A DNA stretch of 64,000 bases from Candidatus Moraniibacteriota bacterium. Its GTDB lineage: Bacteria > Patescibacteriota > Minisyncoccia > Moranbacterales > UBA1568. The notes under the pieces were generated by a model that searched no databases, was not told the DNA's origin, and saw only the letters and a program-made list of their open reading frames with translations. Position 1 is the stretch's first letter; every line of letters starts with the position of its first letter. Of the stretch, positions 39,414-48,992 are shown in pieces. Location: assembly GCA_037133435.1 (NCBI GenBank), contig JBAXOD010000003.1, forward strand, positions 9,502 through 73,501, written 5' to 3'. A program made the translations under genes and the position numbers.

Positions 39414-42400
39414 ATGGAAGGGCGATATATTCCCGAGAATATCGAGGGAAAGTGGCAGAAAAAATGGGAGGAACAAGGGACGTTCCGGCAATACGGCCGT
39501 GAGCGGAAGTTCTATGCGCTTGATATGTTCCCGTACCCTTCGGGGGCCGGGCTGCATGTGGGGCATCCGAAGGGCTATATCGCGACGGATGTGATCGCAC
39601 GGATGAAACAGCTTCAGGGGTATGCGGTGCTGCATCCGATGGGGTGGGACGCATTCGGTCTCCCGGCGGAACAGTACGCGATCAAGAATAAGACGCATCC
39701 GAGCAAGACGACGCGGGAGAATGTCGCCACCTTCAAGGGGCAGCTCGGCCGGCTCGGCTTCACGTACGACTGGGATCGTGAGATCAATACGACCGACCCG
39801 GAGTATTACAAGTGGACACAGTGGATATTTCTGCAGATGCTGAAGAAGGGGCTCGCGTATGAATCGTACGAGCCGATTATCTGGTGTCCGTCGTGCCAGA
39901 CGGGACTCGCGAACGAGGATCTGGAGAACGGCGCGTGCGAGCGGTGCGGGACGATCGTCGAGAAGAAACCGATGCGCCAGTGGGTGCTGCGCATCACCGA
40001 TTATGCTGATCGACTATTGGAAGGGCTCGGCTCGCTTGATTGGCCGGAGTCGATCAAGGAATCGCAGCGCAACTGGATCGGACGGAGCGAAGGAACCGTC
40101 ATACGGTTCCAAATCATAAATCCCAAATTACAATTTCCAAACAAATCCCAAAACACGGATTCGAAATCACAAACGAAGGAGGAATTCATCGAGGTGTTCA
40201 CGACGCGGGTGGATACGCTGTATGGTTGCACCTATGTGGTGGTGGCGCCTGAACATCCTTTGATCAGGGAACAGTTAACAGATAACAGTGAACAGATAGC
40301 AGAGATCAAGAATTGGGAAGAGGTCCGTGCGTATATCGAAGAAACGAAGAAGAAGACCGAGATGGAGCGGACGGCGGAGGGGCGCGAAAAGACCGGCGTT
40401 CGGCTCGAAGGTATCATGGCGGTCAATCCGATAAACGGTGAGGAAGTGCCGGTGTTCGTCGCGGATTATGTGCTCGGTGATTACGGTACCGGCGCGGTGA
40501 TGGCCGTCCCGGCGCACGACACGCGTGATTTCGCCTTCGCGAAAAAATACGACCTGCCGATCAAGAATGTCATCATGCCGCACCTGACCGATAAGAAGAA
40601 CCCTCCGCGGGAAGGGAAGAAGTCCGTCGAACGCAATACCATCCACGCGTTGGTACGGAATCCGAAGGACGGGAAATTCCTGTGTCTAGAGTGGAAGAAT
40701 CATCCATGGACCACATTCATCGTGGGCGGCGTGGAAGACGGTGAGGACATCGTCGAGGCCGCCAAACGGGAAGTGCTCGAGGAGACGGGATTCTCGAATC
40801 TGCGACATATCGGAACCTTGGACAGGAAAGTGCGAAGCGAATATTTCGCGGCGCACAAGGACGAGAATCGGGTCGCGAATACGACAGCGGTTTTGTTCGA
40901 ACTTGAAGACGAATCACGAGAATCGGTCACCGAGGAAGAGGTCGCGAAACACTCGGTCCTCTGGCTTTCGCTCGACGAGATCAGGAATCGCGAAATGACC
41001 TGTGCGGAACTCGATATCTGGCTTGGGTGGCTCGAAGGGAAAGACGATGCGTTCGTTGACGACGGGGCGCTTACGGATTCCAGTGAGTTTTCCGGACTCT
41101 CTTCCGAAGCCGCGCGTGAGAAAATCAACGCGAAACTTGAAGCCGATGGGAACGGGAAGAAGGTCGTGAAATACAAGCTCCGCGAGTGGGTGTTCTCGCG
41201 TCAACGGTATTGGGGGGAGCCGATCCCAGTCGTGCACTGCGAAAAGTGTGGTGTGGTGCCCGTGCCGGAAAACGAACTCCCGGTGTTTCTGCCGGATGTC
41301 GAAAGCTACGAGCCGACGGGAACGGGGGAGTCGCCTTTGGCCGCGATTGAGAGTTGGGTGAATACGACCTGTCCCACGTGCGGCGGGCCCGCGAAACGCG
41401 AGACGAATACGATGCCTCAATGGGCAGGGTCTTCGTGGTACTACCTGCGCTATATCGATCCGTTGAACCAGGACGTGCTCGTCGGCAAGGAACTGGAAAA
41501 GGAATGGATGCCGGTCGACGTGTATGTCGGCGGGGCGGAGCATGCGACACGGCACCTTATTTATGCCCGGTTCTGGCATAAGTTCCTCTTTGATATCGGC
41601 GCGATTTCGACGGACGAGCCGTTTCGGAAACTTTGCAATGTGGGGCTTATCCTCGCCTCCGACGGGCGCAAGATGTCCAAGCGGTGGGGGAACGTCGTCA
41701 ATCCGGACGATATGGTCCGCGATTTCGGCGCGGACGCGATGCGGCTCTACGAGATGTTCATGGGTCCGTTCAACCAGAATATTTCCTGGAACACCGACGG
41801 TGTCGTCGGCACGAGGCGGTTTTTGGAGAAGGTGTGGAAGCTGCAAAACAGACTTACAACTGACAACTTACCACCGACAACAGAAGAATCGGGACTGACA
41901 ACTGACAACTCATCCGCGACATCTCCGTGCGCGGACCCGCTCGCAAAGACGAGCGGGCAACCGACAAAAATAGATTGCCTTCTTCATCGGACTATCGTGA
42001 AGGTGATGGAGGACATCGAAGCTATGCGGTTCAATACGGCAGTGAGCACACTTATGATCCTTGTGAACGCGTTCGAGAAGGAAGGAACGATCACGAAGGA
42101 ATCATACGGCATCTTCCTCTTGCTCCTGTCGCCGTTCGCTCCGCATATCGCGGAAGAGCTGTGGGCCGGACTTGGAAATCCCGAATCGATATTCCTCTCG
42201 ACATGGCCCGTGGCCGACCTGGCCTTGCTTGTGGAAGATACCGTGAAAATCGTCGTCTCGGTCAACGGCAAGGTCCGCGATACGTTCGAAGTACCCGCAG
42301 ACGCGACCGAAGACGATCTGAAAGCGAAAGCGTTCGCGAGTGACAAAATCGCCAAGTTCCTCGACGGCCGGGAGCCCAAGCGCGTCATCGTCGTTCCTGG

Positions 42401-42425
42401 GAAATTGGTGAACGTGGTGGTATGA
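39414..42425 (+). CDS. leuS: leucyl-tRNA synthetase with an embedded NUDIX domain
   Basis: HIGH region (GAGLHVGHPKGY), KMSKS (KMSKRWGN), CP1 editing domain. A ~150-aa NUDIX-fold segment containing GGVEDGEDIVEAAKREVLEETG lies between ...KYDLPIKNVI and ...SSEFSGLSSEAAREKI. A heptamer/hairpin insertion (LTTDNLPPTTEESGLTTDNSS...PLAKTSGQP) sits near the anticodon-binding domain. 1003 aa. Confidence 0.9.
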   Translation: MEGRYIPENIEGKWQKKWEEQGTFRQYGRERKFYALDMFPYPSGAGLHVGHPKGYIATDVIARMKQLQGYAVLHPMGWDAFGLPAEQYAIKNKTHPSKTTRENVATFKGQLGRLGFTYDWDREINTTDPEYYKWTQWIFLQMLKKGLAYESYEPIIWCPSCQTGLANEDLENGACERCGTIVEKKPMRQWVLRITDYADRLLEGLGSLDWPESIKESQRNWIGRSEGTVIRFQIINPKLQFPNKSQNTDSKSQTKEEFIEVFTTRVDTLYGCTYVVVAPEHPLIREQLTDNSEQIAEIKNWEEVRAYIEETKKKTEMERTAEGREKTGVRLEGIMAVNPINGEEVPVFVADYVLGDYGTGAVMAVPAHDTRDFAFAKKYDLPIKNVIMPHLTDKKNPPREGKKSVERNTIHALVRNPKDGKFLCLEWKNHPWTTFIVGGVEDGEDIVEAAKREVLEETGFSNLRHIGTLDRKVRSEYFAAHKDENRVANTTAVLFELEDESRESVTEEEVAKHSVLWLSLDEIRNREMTCAELDIWLGWLEGKDDAFVDDGALTDSSEFSGLSSEAAREKINAKLEADGNGKKVVKYKLREWVFSRQRYWGEPIPVVHCEKCGVVPVPENELPVFLPDVESYEPTGTGESPLAAIESWVNTTCPTCGGPAKRETNTMPQWAGSSWYYLRYIDPLNQDVLVGKELEKEWMPVDVYVGGAEHATRHLIYARFWHKFLFDIGAISTDEPFRKLCNVGLILASDGRKMSKRWGNVVNPDDMVRDFGADAMRLYEMFMGPFNQNISWNTDGVVGTRRFLEKVWKLQNRLTTDNLPPTTEESGLTTDNSSATSPCADPLAKTSGQPTKIDCLLHRTIVKVMEDIEAMRFNTAVSTLMILVNAFEKEGTITKESYGIFLLLLSPFAPHIAEELWAGLGNPESIFLSTWPVADLALLVEDTVKIVVSVNGKVRDTFEVPADATEDDLKAKAFASDKIAKFLDGREPKRVIVVPGKLVNVVV
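41851..41960 (+). repeat. ACAACTN heptamer array plus CCCGCTCGCAAAGACGAGCGGG hairpin, in-frame in leuS
   Basis: acttacaactgacaacttaccaccgacaac...ggactgacaactgacaactcatcc followed by gacccgctcgcaaagacgagcgggcaacc. Confidence 0.55.
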
Positions 42426-42450
42426 AAAAATGAAAAATTGAGATATAAAA

Positions 42451-42831
42451 ATGGAAAATGACAAAGAAAAATTCAAAGTTAAATTTAAAAGACGTCTCTA
42501 TGTATTCGCTCTTAGTATAGTGAAATGTATCGACACGCTTCCTCGTGGGACCGTATCAGACGTACTTGGAAAACAGCTCTTAAGAAGTGGAACGAGCGTA
42601 TTGGCGAATTATATTGAAGCGCAGGCGGCAAGTTCAAAAAAAGATTTCAGGAATTTCTTCTCATATTCACTGAAGTCGGCAAATGAATCAAAAGTGTGGA
42701 TTGTTCTGTTGAAGGATTCCGGAAAAATCGGGACAGAAAAGGCGGATATGCTTCTCAAGGAATGTATCGAGATATCGAATATACTTGCGAAAAGTGTCAT
42801 TACCATGAAGGAGAATGAAAAGAAGAAGTAA
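42451..42831 (+). CDS. four-helix-bundle protein (23S rRNA IVS protein / Avd-like family)
   Basis: 126-aa protein (YVFALSIVKCIDTLPRGTVSDVLGKQLLRSGTSVLANYIEAQAASSKKDFRNFFSYSLKSANESKVW). An inverted repeat gaaaaat(t/g)gagatataaaaatg lies at about 42426-42455 and, as reverse complement, at about 42850-42880. Confidence 0.6.
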   Translation: MENDKEKFKVKFKRRLYVFALSIVKCIDTLPRGTVSDVLGKQLLRSGTSVLANYIEAQAASSKKDFRNFFSYSLKSANESKVWIVLLKDSGKIGTEKADMLLKECIEISNILAKSVITMKENEKKK

Positions 42832-42883
42832 CTGACCGTCAGAAAGTTTTCATTTTTATATCTCCATTTTTCACTTTTATCCT

Positions 42884-43555
42884 ATGCGTACGACCATCAC
42901 AGATTATTTGAAGCTCGACAAGCCGTTGGTGATCTTCGACCTCGAGACGACCGGCCTTTCCGCGGGTGAGGATCGGATCATCGAGATCGCCTACGAGAAG
43001 ATTTTGCCATCGGGCGAGATCGTGGCGGAATGCAAGCGGATCAATCCGGGGCGTCCCATACCGGAGGCGTCGACGCGGATCACCGGCATCACCGATGCGG
43101 ACGTGCAAGACGAGCCGTCGTTCACCAAGCTTTCCTACGGGCTCTGGAACGTGTTCGAGGGCGTGGACGTGGGCGGGTTCAACATACTCGGGTTCGATCT
43201 GCCGTTTTTGCGCGGTGAGTTCGCGACGGTCGGCAAGACCTTCGATTATTCCCAGAAGAAGGTGCTCGACGCGAAGATCCTGTATCACAAGACCGTACCG
43301 CGTGATAATTTCGCCCCGCGCAACCTCTCCGCTGCATACAAGCTGTACTGCGGACAGGCACATCAGACGGCCCATACCGGGGCGGGGGACGTCCGAGTCA
43401 CGGTTGAGATTCTCGAGAAAATCCTCGAGAAGCATCCGGAGTTCCGAAGCTGGGATACGATCATGGAACTCAACGGTCAGAAGAAACTCCTCGAATCGGC
43501 GAAGAACGAGCATGCGCCGCTCGTGACGGGGGCGTCGTCGGGAACGCTGTTCTAG
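42884..43555 (+). CDS. DEDDh 3'-5' exonuclease (DnaQ/epsilon-like)
   Basis: Exo I (VIFDLETTGL), Exo II (FNILGFDLPFL), Exo III (HTGAGDVRVTVE) motifs. Confidence 0.7.
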   Translation: MRTTITDYLKLDKPLVIFDLETTGLSAGEDRIIEIAYEKILPSGEIVAECKRINPGRPIPEASTRITGITDADVQDEPSFTKLSYGLWNVFEGVDVGGFNILGFDLPFLRGEFATVGKTFDYSQKKVLDAKILYHKTVPRDNFAPRNLSAAYKLYCGQAHQTAHTGAGDVRVTVEILEKILEKHPEFRSWDTIMELNGQKKLLESAKNEHAPLVTGASSGTLF

Positions 43556-43800
43556 CTGATAACAGGAGAGTAACTGACAACTAATAACTAACAACAGATA
43601 ACAGGAAACCCGCCTTCGCTGAAACTACGGAGCGGCAAAGCAAGGAATCCCTTCCACCCCTCAGTCACGAAGACGTGACAGCTCCCCTCGGGCAGGGGAG
43701 CAGGATTCGTGAGACCTGATCAGTCTCCGTTGAAAGCTGTCAGTTATACGTTGTTAGTGCCTCTCAGCCATCAGTATTAAGTTGTGAGTCATAAGGGACT

Positions 43801-44577
43801 ATGTCCATATTTCATGCCATAATTCTCGGTATCGTCGAAGGGTTGACGGAGTTCCTGCCGGTGTCTTCGACTGGGCACCTCATCTTGGTGTCCGACGTGC
43901 TCGGTATCACGCAGACGGACTTCGTGAAGTCGTTCGAGATCGTGATCCAACTCGGTGCGATACTGGCAGTGGTCGTCTTGTACTTCCGTCGGTTTCTTAC
44001 CGATTGGGAAACGCTCAAACGCCTTGCAGTCGCTTTCCTGCCGACGGCCTTCGTCGGACTCGTGCTCTATCGGTTCATCAAGAGCCTGTTCGAATCGCCG
44101 ATGACGATCGTCGCGACGCTCTTGCTTGGCGGCGTGGCCATCATTCTCTTCGAACGGTGGCTGAAAACACGGAAGCCTGTCGAAGAGACGACGACCGGCG
44201 CAACGATGACCTACCGGCAGGCATTCCTGATCGGCGTAGCACAGTCGGTCGCGGTGATTCCCGGCGTATCACGCTCCGGCGCGACGATTGTCGGCGGACT
44301 CGCGCTCGGACTTTCCCGGACGGCGATCACGGAATTCTCGTTCCTTCTGGCGGTACCGACCATGACCGCGGCGGTCGGGTACGACCTGTTGAAAAATGCC
44401 GGCGCGTTTTCTTCCGCGGACCTGCCAGTACTCGCGGTCGGTTTCTTCGTCTCGTTCGTCGTCGCGTTCGTCGCGGTGAAGTCGTTCCTCTCCTTCGTGA
44501 AGACGCATTCGTTCACCGGATTCGGCATCTATCGCATCATCGCGGCGATCGCGTTTTATCTGCTGGTGATTAGATAA
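43801..44577 (+). CDS. uppP: undecaprenyl-diphosphate phosphatase
   Basis: MSIFHAIILGIVEGLTEFLPVSSTGHLIL... and PGVSRSGATI are UppP/BacA signature motifs. 8 TM segments. Confidence 0.85.
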   Translation: MSIFHAIILGIVEGLTEFLPVSSTGHLILVSDVLGITQTDFVKSFEIVIQLGAILAVVVLYFRRFLTDWETLKRLAVAFLPTAFVGLVLYRFIKSLFESPMTIVATLLLGGVAIILFERWLKTRKPVEETTTGATMTYRQAFLIGVAQSVAVIPGVSRSGATIVGGLALGLSRTAITEFSFLLAVPTMTAAVGYDLLKNAGAFSSADLPVLAVGFFVSFVVAFVAVKSFLSFVKTHSFTGFGIYRIIAAIAFYLLVIR

Positions 44578-44711
44578 CAGGGAATAGGGGAACTGACAAC
44601 TAACAACATACAACTTATAATGGGGAACAAAAGGGATGGATTGCCACGGACGGATACGTCCTCGCAAAGACAGACGAGGATTTGTTCTCTGGTCGGCCTA
44701 AAAATCGTTGA

Positions 44712-45554
44712 ATGAATGAAGAATTTACTATGATCATATCAGGAGCACTAGTCGCGAAGAGGATTTTCGATGAGGCGAAAGCTATCACGTCGAGCCTTTC
44801 AATCCGGCCGGGATTCGGCGTGGTGCTTGTCGGAGATGATCCGGCATCGCGGATCTATGTCGGTATCAAGGAGCGTCGTGCCGCCGATCTCGGATTCGTC
44901 TTCAGGAAAGAAGTATTGCCGATGACCGCGACGGAGGAAGAGATCATCCGTGCGATCGAATCGCTCAATGCCGACGAGGCGATCCATGGCATCCTCGTCC
45001 AACTCCCGCTTCCGGACGGCCTCGATACGGACCGGGTCATCGCCGCCATCGATCCGAAAAAGGATGCCGACGGATTCCACTCGGAGACGGTCCGGAATTT
45101 TCTCTCCGGTGACCGGGATTCCATTCCGGTTTTTCCGGAAGCGATCATGGAACTCGCGAAGTCGACCGGGATCGATTTGTCCGGAAAGAAGGGGGTTGCC
45201 ATCGTGAATTCGGAGCTGTTCGGTTTCATCATGAAAAAGGCGTTCGAGTACGAAGGAATCAATCCGACGATCGTTCCGACTGCCGATGTCAATGCGCGCA
45301 TTGATGAAATTTCCAATGCCGACCTGGTCGTGACCGCCGTCGGTCAGCCGGAGCGGTTTCCGCGTAACGTTTTCAAACAGGGCGCCATCGTCATCGACGG
45401 CGGGATTTCCCAAAAGGATGGCAAGGTCCGAGGGGATGTTTCCATAGAAGGGGATGACGCTGATATTTTTCTTTCCCCCGTTCCCGGCGGTGTCGGTCCC
45501 GTGACCGTCGCCTGCCTTCTTCGCCGCACGGCGAAATTGGCTAAAGGGAATTGA
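44712..45554 (+). CDS. folD: bifunctional methylenetetrahydrofolate dehydrogenase/cyclohydrolase
   Basis: YVGIKERRAADLGF, ILVQLPLP, DADGFH, GGVGPVT. Confidence 0.85.
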   Translation: MNEEFTMIISGALVAKRIFDEAKAITSSLSIRPGFGVVLVGDDPASRIYVGIKERRAADLGFVFRKEVLPMTATEEEIIRAIESLNADEAIHGILVQLPLPDGLDTDRVIAAIDPKKDADGFHSETVRNFLSGDRDSIPVFPEAIMELAKSTGIDLSGKKGVAIVNSELFGFIMKKAFEYEGINPTIVPTADVNARIDEISNADLVVTAVGQPERFPRNVFKQGAIVIDGGISQKDGKVRGDVSIEGDDADIFLSPVPGGVGPVTVACLLRRTAKLAKGN

Positions 45555-45616
45555 TACCCACACGTTTATGGAAACGAAAAACGGCACGGATACGTGTCGT
45601 TTTTCGTTCTTTATAG

Positions 45617-45700
45617 TACCGCGGGAGAGACTCGAACTCTCATGGTATCGCTACCGCGGGATTTTGAGTCCCGTGTGTCTACCAGTTCCACCACCGCGGC
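45617..45700 (-). tRNA. tRNA-Leu (anticodon CAA), type II with long variable arm
   Basis: Folded by hand on the minus strand: acceptor GCCGCGG/CCGCGGU (G1-U72), 3-bp D-stem GUG/CAC, anticodon stem CGGGA/UCCCG with loop CUCAAAA, variable arm GGUAGCGAUACC, T-arm GAGAG-UUCGAGU-CUCUC, discriminator A. CCA is not encoded. Confidence 0.8.
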
Positions 45701-45940
45701 GTTTCAGCCCTTTTCTTCGGCCTCCACTAGGTTCAGGATAGGGAATTGAAAAGATAGTGTCAATGGAATATAATAGGGGAGACCTACGACTGACAACGAA
45801 CAACTTATAACGGGGAGGGGAAAGTCGTCAGGAGTGGTCGGGTCGTCGGTTGTCAGTTTGTTGTGACTTGTAAGTTTTCTCTCTGTGACTTCTGTTATTG
45901 GCTGTTAGTTGTTAGTTTTGCGTTGTTAGTGACTTCTACT

Positions 45941-46744
45941 ATGTCTAAGATCGTCGCGTTCGTGAACCAAAAGGGCGGGGTGGGGAAGACCACCTCGACC
46001 ATCAATGTCGCCCGATGCCTCGCCGAACTCGGCAAGAAGGTATTGTTGGTGGACCTCGATCCGCAGGGGAATGCCTCGTCGGGACTCGGTATCGATCCCC
46101 GCGGCATCGAGAAGAACCTCTATCATGCCATGATCGGGTCGCTTCCGCCGCAGGAAATCGTATTGTCGACGAATGTGCCGAGGCTGCATATCATTCCCGC
46201 GGCGCAGGACCTTGCCGGCGCGGAAATCGAGATGGTCCATATCGATGCGCGGGAGTTCCGATTGTATTCCGTGCTCCGTCCACTGCGTTCGTTTTATGAT
46301 TATATCTTGATCGACAGCCCACCGAGTCTCGGACTCCTTACCGTGAACGGGCTCGTCGCGAGTGACGAAGTGGTCATTCCGGTACAGACCGAATATTATG
46401 CGCTCGAGGGACTTTCCCAGCTCCTCGGAACCATCGAGCTCGTCCGTGAGCGGCTGCAACCGAACCTCAAGATCATGGGGGCGCTTTTGACGCTGTTCGA
46501 TCGCCGTAACCGGCTCGCGCAGCAGGTAGTGAACGAGGTCCGGGCGCACTTCCCGGGTCCGGTGTTCGAGACGGTCATTCCCCGTTCCGTACGACTCGCC
46601 GAGGCACCGAGCTATGGCAAATCGATCCTGGATTTCGACGCGTTTTCCAAGGGTGCCAGGGCATACAAATCCGTAGCGCGGGAGATCGTGGCGAAAGAGG
46701 ATCAGGTAACAGATAATCCGCTTCATCTCCGCAAAGCGGAGTGA
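45941..46744 (+). CDS. parA: chromosome partitioning ATPase ParA/Soj
   Basis: The ORF track starts at 45863; the likely ATG is at about 45941 (MSKIVAFVNQKGGVGKTTSTINVA). Deviant Walker A present. Confidence 0.85.
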   Translation: MSKIVAFVNQKGGVGKTTSTINVARCLAELGKKVLLVDLDPQGNASSGLGIDPRGIEKNLYHAMIGSLPPQEIVLSTNVPRLHIIPAAQDLAGAEIEMVHIDAREFRLYSVLRPLRSFYDYILIDSPPSLGLLTVNGLVASDEVVIPVQTEYYALEGLSQLLGTIELVRERLQPNLKIMGALLTLFDRRNRLAQQVVNEVRAHFPGPVFETVIPRSVRLAEAPSYGKSILDFDAFSKGARAYKSVAREIVAKEDQVTDNPLHLRKAE

Positions 46745-46869
46745 GCGGACCCGCTCGCAGCGAAGAGCGGGCAGATATCAGATAGCGGAGAACTCACAAC
46801 GGGGAACGGATTTTTTGAACGGGTAGATTTTGGGAATTGTGAATTGGTCATTGATCATTCTGAATCACT

Positions 46870-47844
46870 ATGGTACAGCAACACGGACTCGGACGCGGAC
46901 TCTCGTCGCTCATTCCTCCGAAAAAGGAAGATCGGGAAGCATCGTTCAAGGATATGACGATCAAGACCATGGAGGCACAGGGTGTCGATCTTTCGACGAC
47001 GCACGTTCCGAACGATCGGGAACGTATCGCGACTTCCGATCCGGAACCGGCCGCGTCCTCGGTAGGGGCCCCGGGCGTCACGGAAGTCCTTATTTCCGAA
47101 ATCGTTCCGAACCCGCATCAGCCGCGGTTGCATTTCGACGAGGATCGGCTCCGGGAGCTTGCGGAATCCATTCGGGAACACGGTGTCGTCCAGTCGCTGG
47201 TCGTCTCGCCGAGGCAGGATGGAACCTATGAATTGATCGCCGGAGAACGTCGGTTGAAGGCCTCGAAGCTCGCGGGACTTATGAAGGTTCCCGTGGTCAT
47301 CCGGGACGCGGACGAGCGTGAGAAACTGGAACTGGCCATCATCGAGAACGTCCAGCGTCACGATCTCAACCCGATCGAGGAAGCACGGGCGTATGCGAGA
47401 CTGATCGACGAGTTCGGTCTGATCCAAGAAGACGTGGCGAAGAAGATGGGCAAGAGCCGGAGTGCGGTCGCCAACGCGGTCCGATTGCTCGTTTTGCCGA
47501 TCGAGATCCAGCGCGCGGTCGCCGAGGGGAAGATTTCCGAGGGACATGCCAAAGTGCTCCTTTCGGTCGAGAATCCGGAAAAGCAACGTGCGGTCTTCGA
47601 GCTTATCATGAAGACCGGATTGACCGTTCGCGGGACGGAAGCCAAAGTCCGGGAATCGGTGGTGCATACGCATACGCGTCGCGTTTCCCCGGTAGCTCCC
47701 GGGCTCGTCGAGAAAGCTGACCGGATTTCTGCGGCTCTCGGGACCAAGGTCGAAGTGAAGCCGGCCGGCAAGGGCGGCCGGATCGTCGTCGAGTATTATT
47801 CGGACGAGGAACTCGAACAGATCGTCTCGAGAATCCTGCCGTGA
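46870..47844 (+). CDS. parB: chromosome partitioning protein ParB
   Basis: ParB box (ISEIVPNPHQPR), GERRLKASKLAG, HTH region. Confidence 0.85.
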   Translation: MVQQHGLGRGLSSLIPPKKEDREASFKDMTIKTMEAQGVDLSTTHVPNDRERIATSDPEPAASSVGAPGVTEVLISEIVPNPHQPRLHFDEDRLRELAESIREHGVVQSLVVSPRQDGTYELIAGERRLKASKLAGLMKVPVVIRDADEREKLELAIIENVQRHDLNPIEEARAYARLIDEFGLIQEDVAKKMGKSRSAVANAVRLLVLPIEIQRAVAEGKISEGHAKVLLSVENPEKQRAVFELIMKTGLTVRGTEAKVRESVVHTHTRRVSPVAPGLVEKADRISAALGTKVEVKPAGKGGRIVVEYYSDEELEQIVSRILP

Positions 47845-47858
47845 ATCCCTTTTCTTAG

Positions 47859-48167
47859 TATCTCTCTCAAATCTCATGTCGAACTGAAATACGGAAATTT
47901 CGATAGGAGCGCCAACCAGAGGTTGGTCACCCTCTGGGTGAAAAACCCTGAAAATCGAGGACGGGTATCCGAAGGAGATGGGGATCCCGCTGTCGTAACC
48001 TGACGATTTTTGAATGATTTGTCCGCCCGCGACGATCGCTTGGCGAGACGGTCGGGGTCCGCCCGCAACGCTTCGCGTAGCGATTCGGGCGGGCAGCCGA
48101 AATTTTCGGATTTCAGCCGGCAAGCGGATTTTTTGCCTTATAGAGGCGTTGAGATTTGAGAGAGATA
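47859..48167. repeat. 309-bp segment bounded by perfect 17-bp inverted repeats (TATCTCTCTCAAATCTC / GAGATTTGAGAGAGATA)
   Basis: Read directly. The interior contains hairpins ccagaggttgg/caccctctgggtg and a family-B hairpin (about 48059-48093). The right arm overlaps the TTG start of the next ORF. Confidence 0.4.
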
Positions 48168-48533
48168 CTTACTTGCATTGAAAACGATATGAAATTGATC
48201 ACAAATGACGAAACAATCAGTCGATCCGAATTGAAAGATATGGCCGGGAAGATGTTTGGCGGACTGGTAAAGGGCGTTGTGGATGTCTCGCGCGGGATCA
48301 TGGCCGTGGATGCCGAACTGCATGCCGACGAGGAAGCGTTCCTTCTGAAATCCGGCTCGTCGCAAGACGATCTCTGGGGTATCAACCTTTATCCGGACGA
48401 GACGGGTGAGGATTTCATCGAATTCGATTCCATGATAAACGTCCGACCCCGACAGGGAAATAAGAGTCGTGGCGTCGAGAATGCCGATCTTCGGAGTGCA
48501 ATAATCGGAATCGTAAACGATCTAGTCGTATGA
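48156..48533 (+). CDS. hypothetical protein (TTG start)
   Basis: 125-aa ORF. Its stop overlaps the next gene's start by 4 bp. Confidence 0.4.
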   Translation: MREILTCIENDMKLITNDETISRSELKDMAGKMFGGLVKGVVDVSRGIMAVDAELHADEEAFLLKSGSSQDDLWGINLYPDETGEDFIEFDSMINVRPRQGNKSRGVENADLRSAIIGIVNDLVV

Positions 48534-48865
48534 GCGATATCTTCCATGAGGGTTTGGCGAACGGCGGATGGGAAGTACTCCCGCTCGTTTCGCAGATGGC
48601 CAATATCGGCAGTGAAGTCGGTCGTGCATTCTCGTGGCGGGGAAAAAATCGTGAGGAACGGGCGAACGACGCGGCGTGCCGGGCTTTGGAACTGTTTGAT
48701 TTTTCCCTTTCCGATGCGAAAAACCGTGAACGCCTACGCGAGATCGCACGAGCGCGCGAAGTGTTCGTCGATTCTTTTTTTGGTGACAATGAATACGGCT
48801 CCACCCCTGAATTGTGGCAATCATATTTCTTAGCCTTCGCGACGGCTGCCCGACAAGGGAAGTAA
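48530..48865 (+). CDS. hypothetical protein (possibly MazG-like all-alpha NTP pyrophosphohydrolase)
   Basis: 111-aa acidic helical protein. Weak resemblance to the MazG family only; not diagnostic. Confidence 0.3.
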   Translation: MSDIFHEGLANGGWEVLPLVSQMANIGSEVGRAFSWRGKNREERANDAACRALELFDFSLSDAKNRERLREIARAREVFVDSFFGDNEYGSTPELWQSYFLAFATAARQGK

Positions 48866-48903
48866 TACCGAAATAACTTGATGTGTTGTATATCGCCACC
48901 AGG

Positions 48904-48958
48904 GGAGTTCGCCCAGCCCTTCGCGAAGAGCGGGGCGAACTCCGGCTGAGTCTTTTTT
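48904..48958 (+). terminator. hairpin (ggagttcgccc...gggcgaactcc) followed by a T-run
   Basis: 11-bp perfect stem with a cttcgcgaag inner palindrome; tttttt 9 nt downstream. Confidence 0.4.
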
Positions 48959-48992
48959 CCATGCTATACTGAAGACAAACATCATCCGGAAT

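Noticed and set aside
45600-45940. Replication origin next to parAB
   Set aside because: parAB often neighbour oriC. But dnaA and DnaA-box clusters (TTATCCACA) are not evident in this spacer, which is occupied by a tRNA and heptamer arrays.
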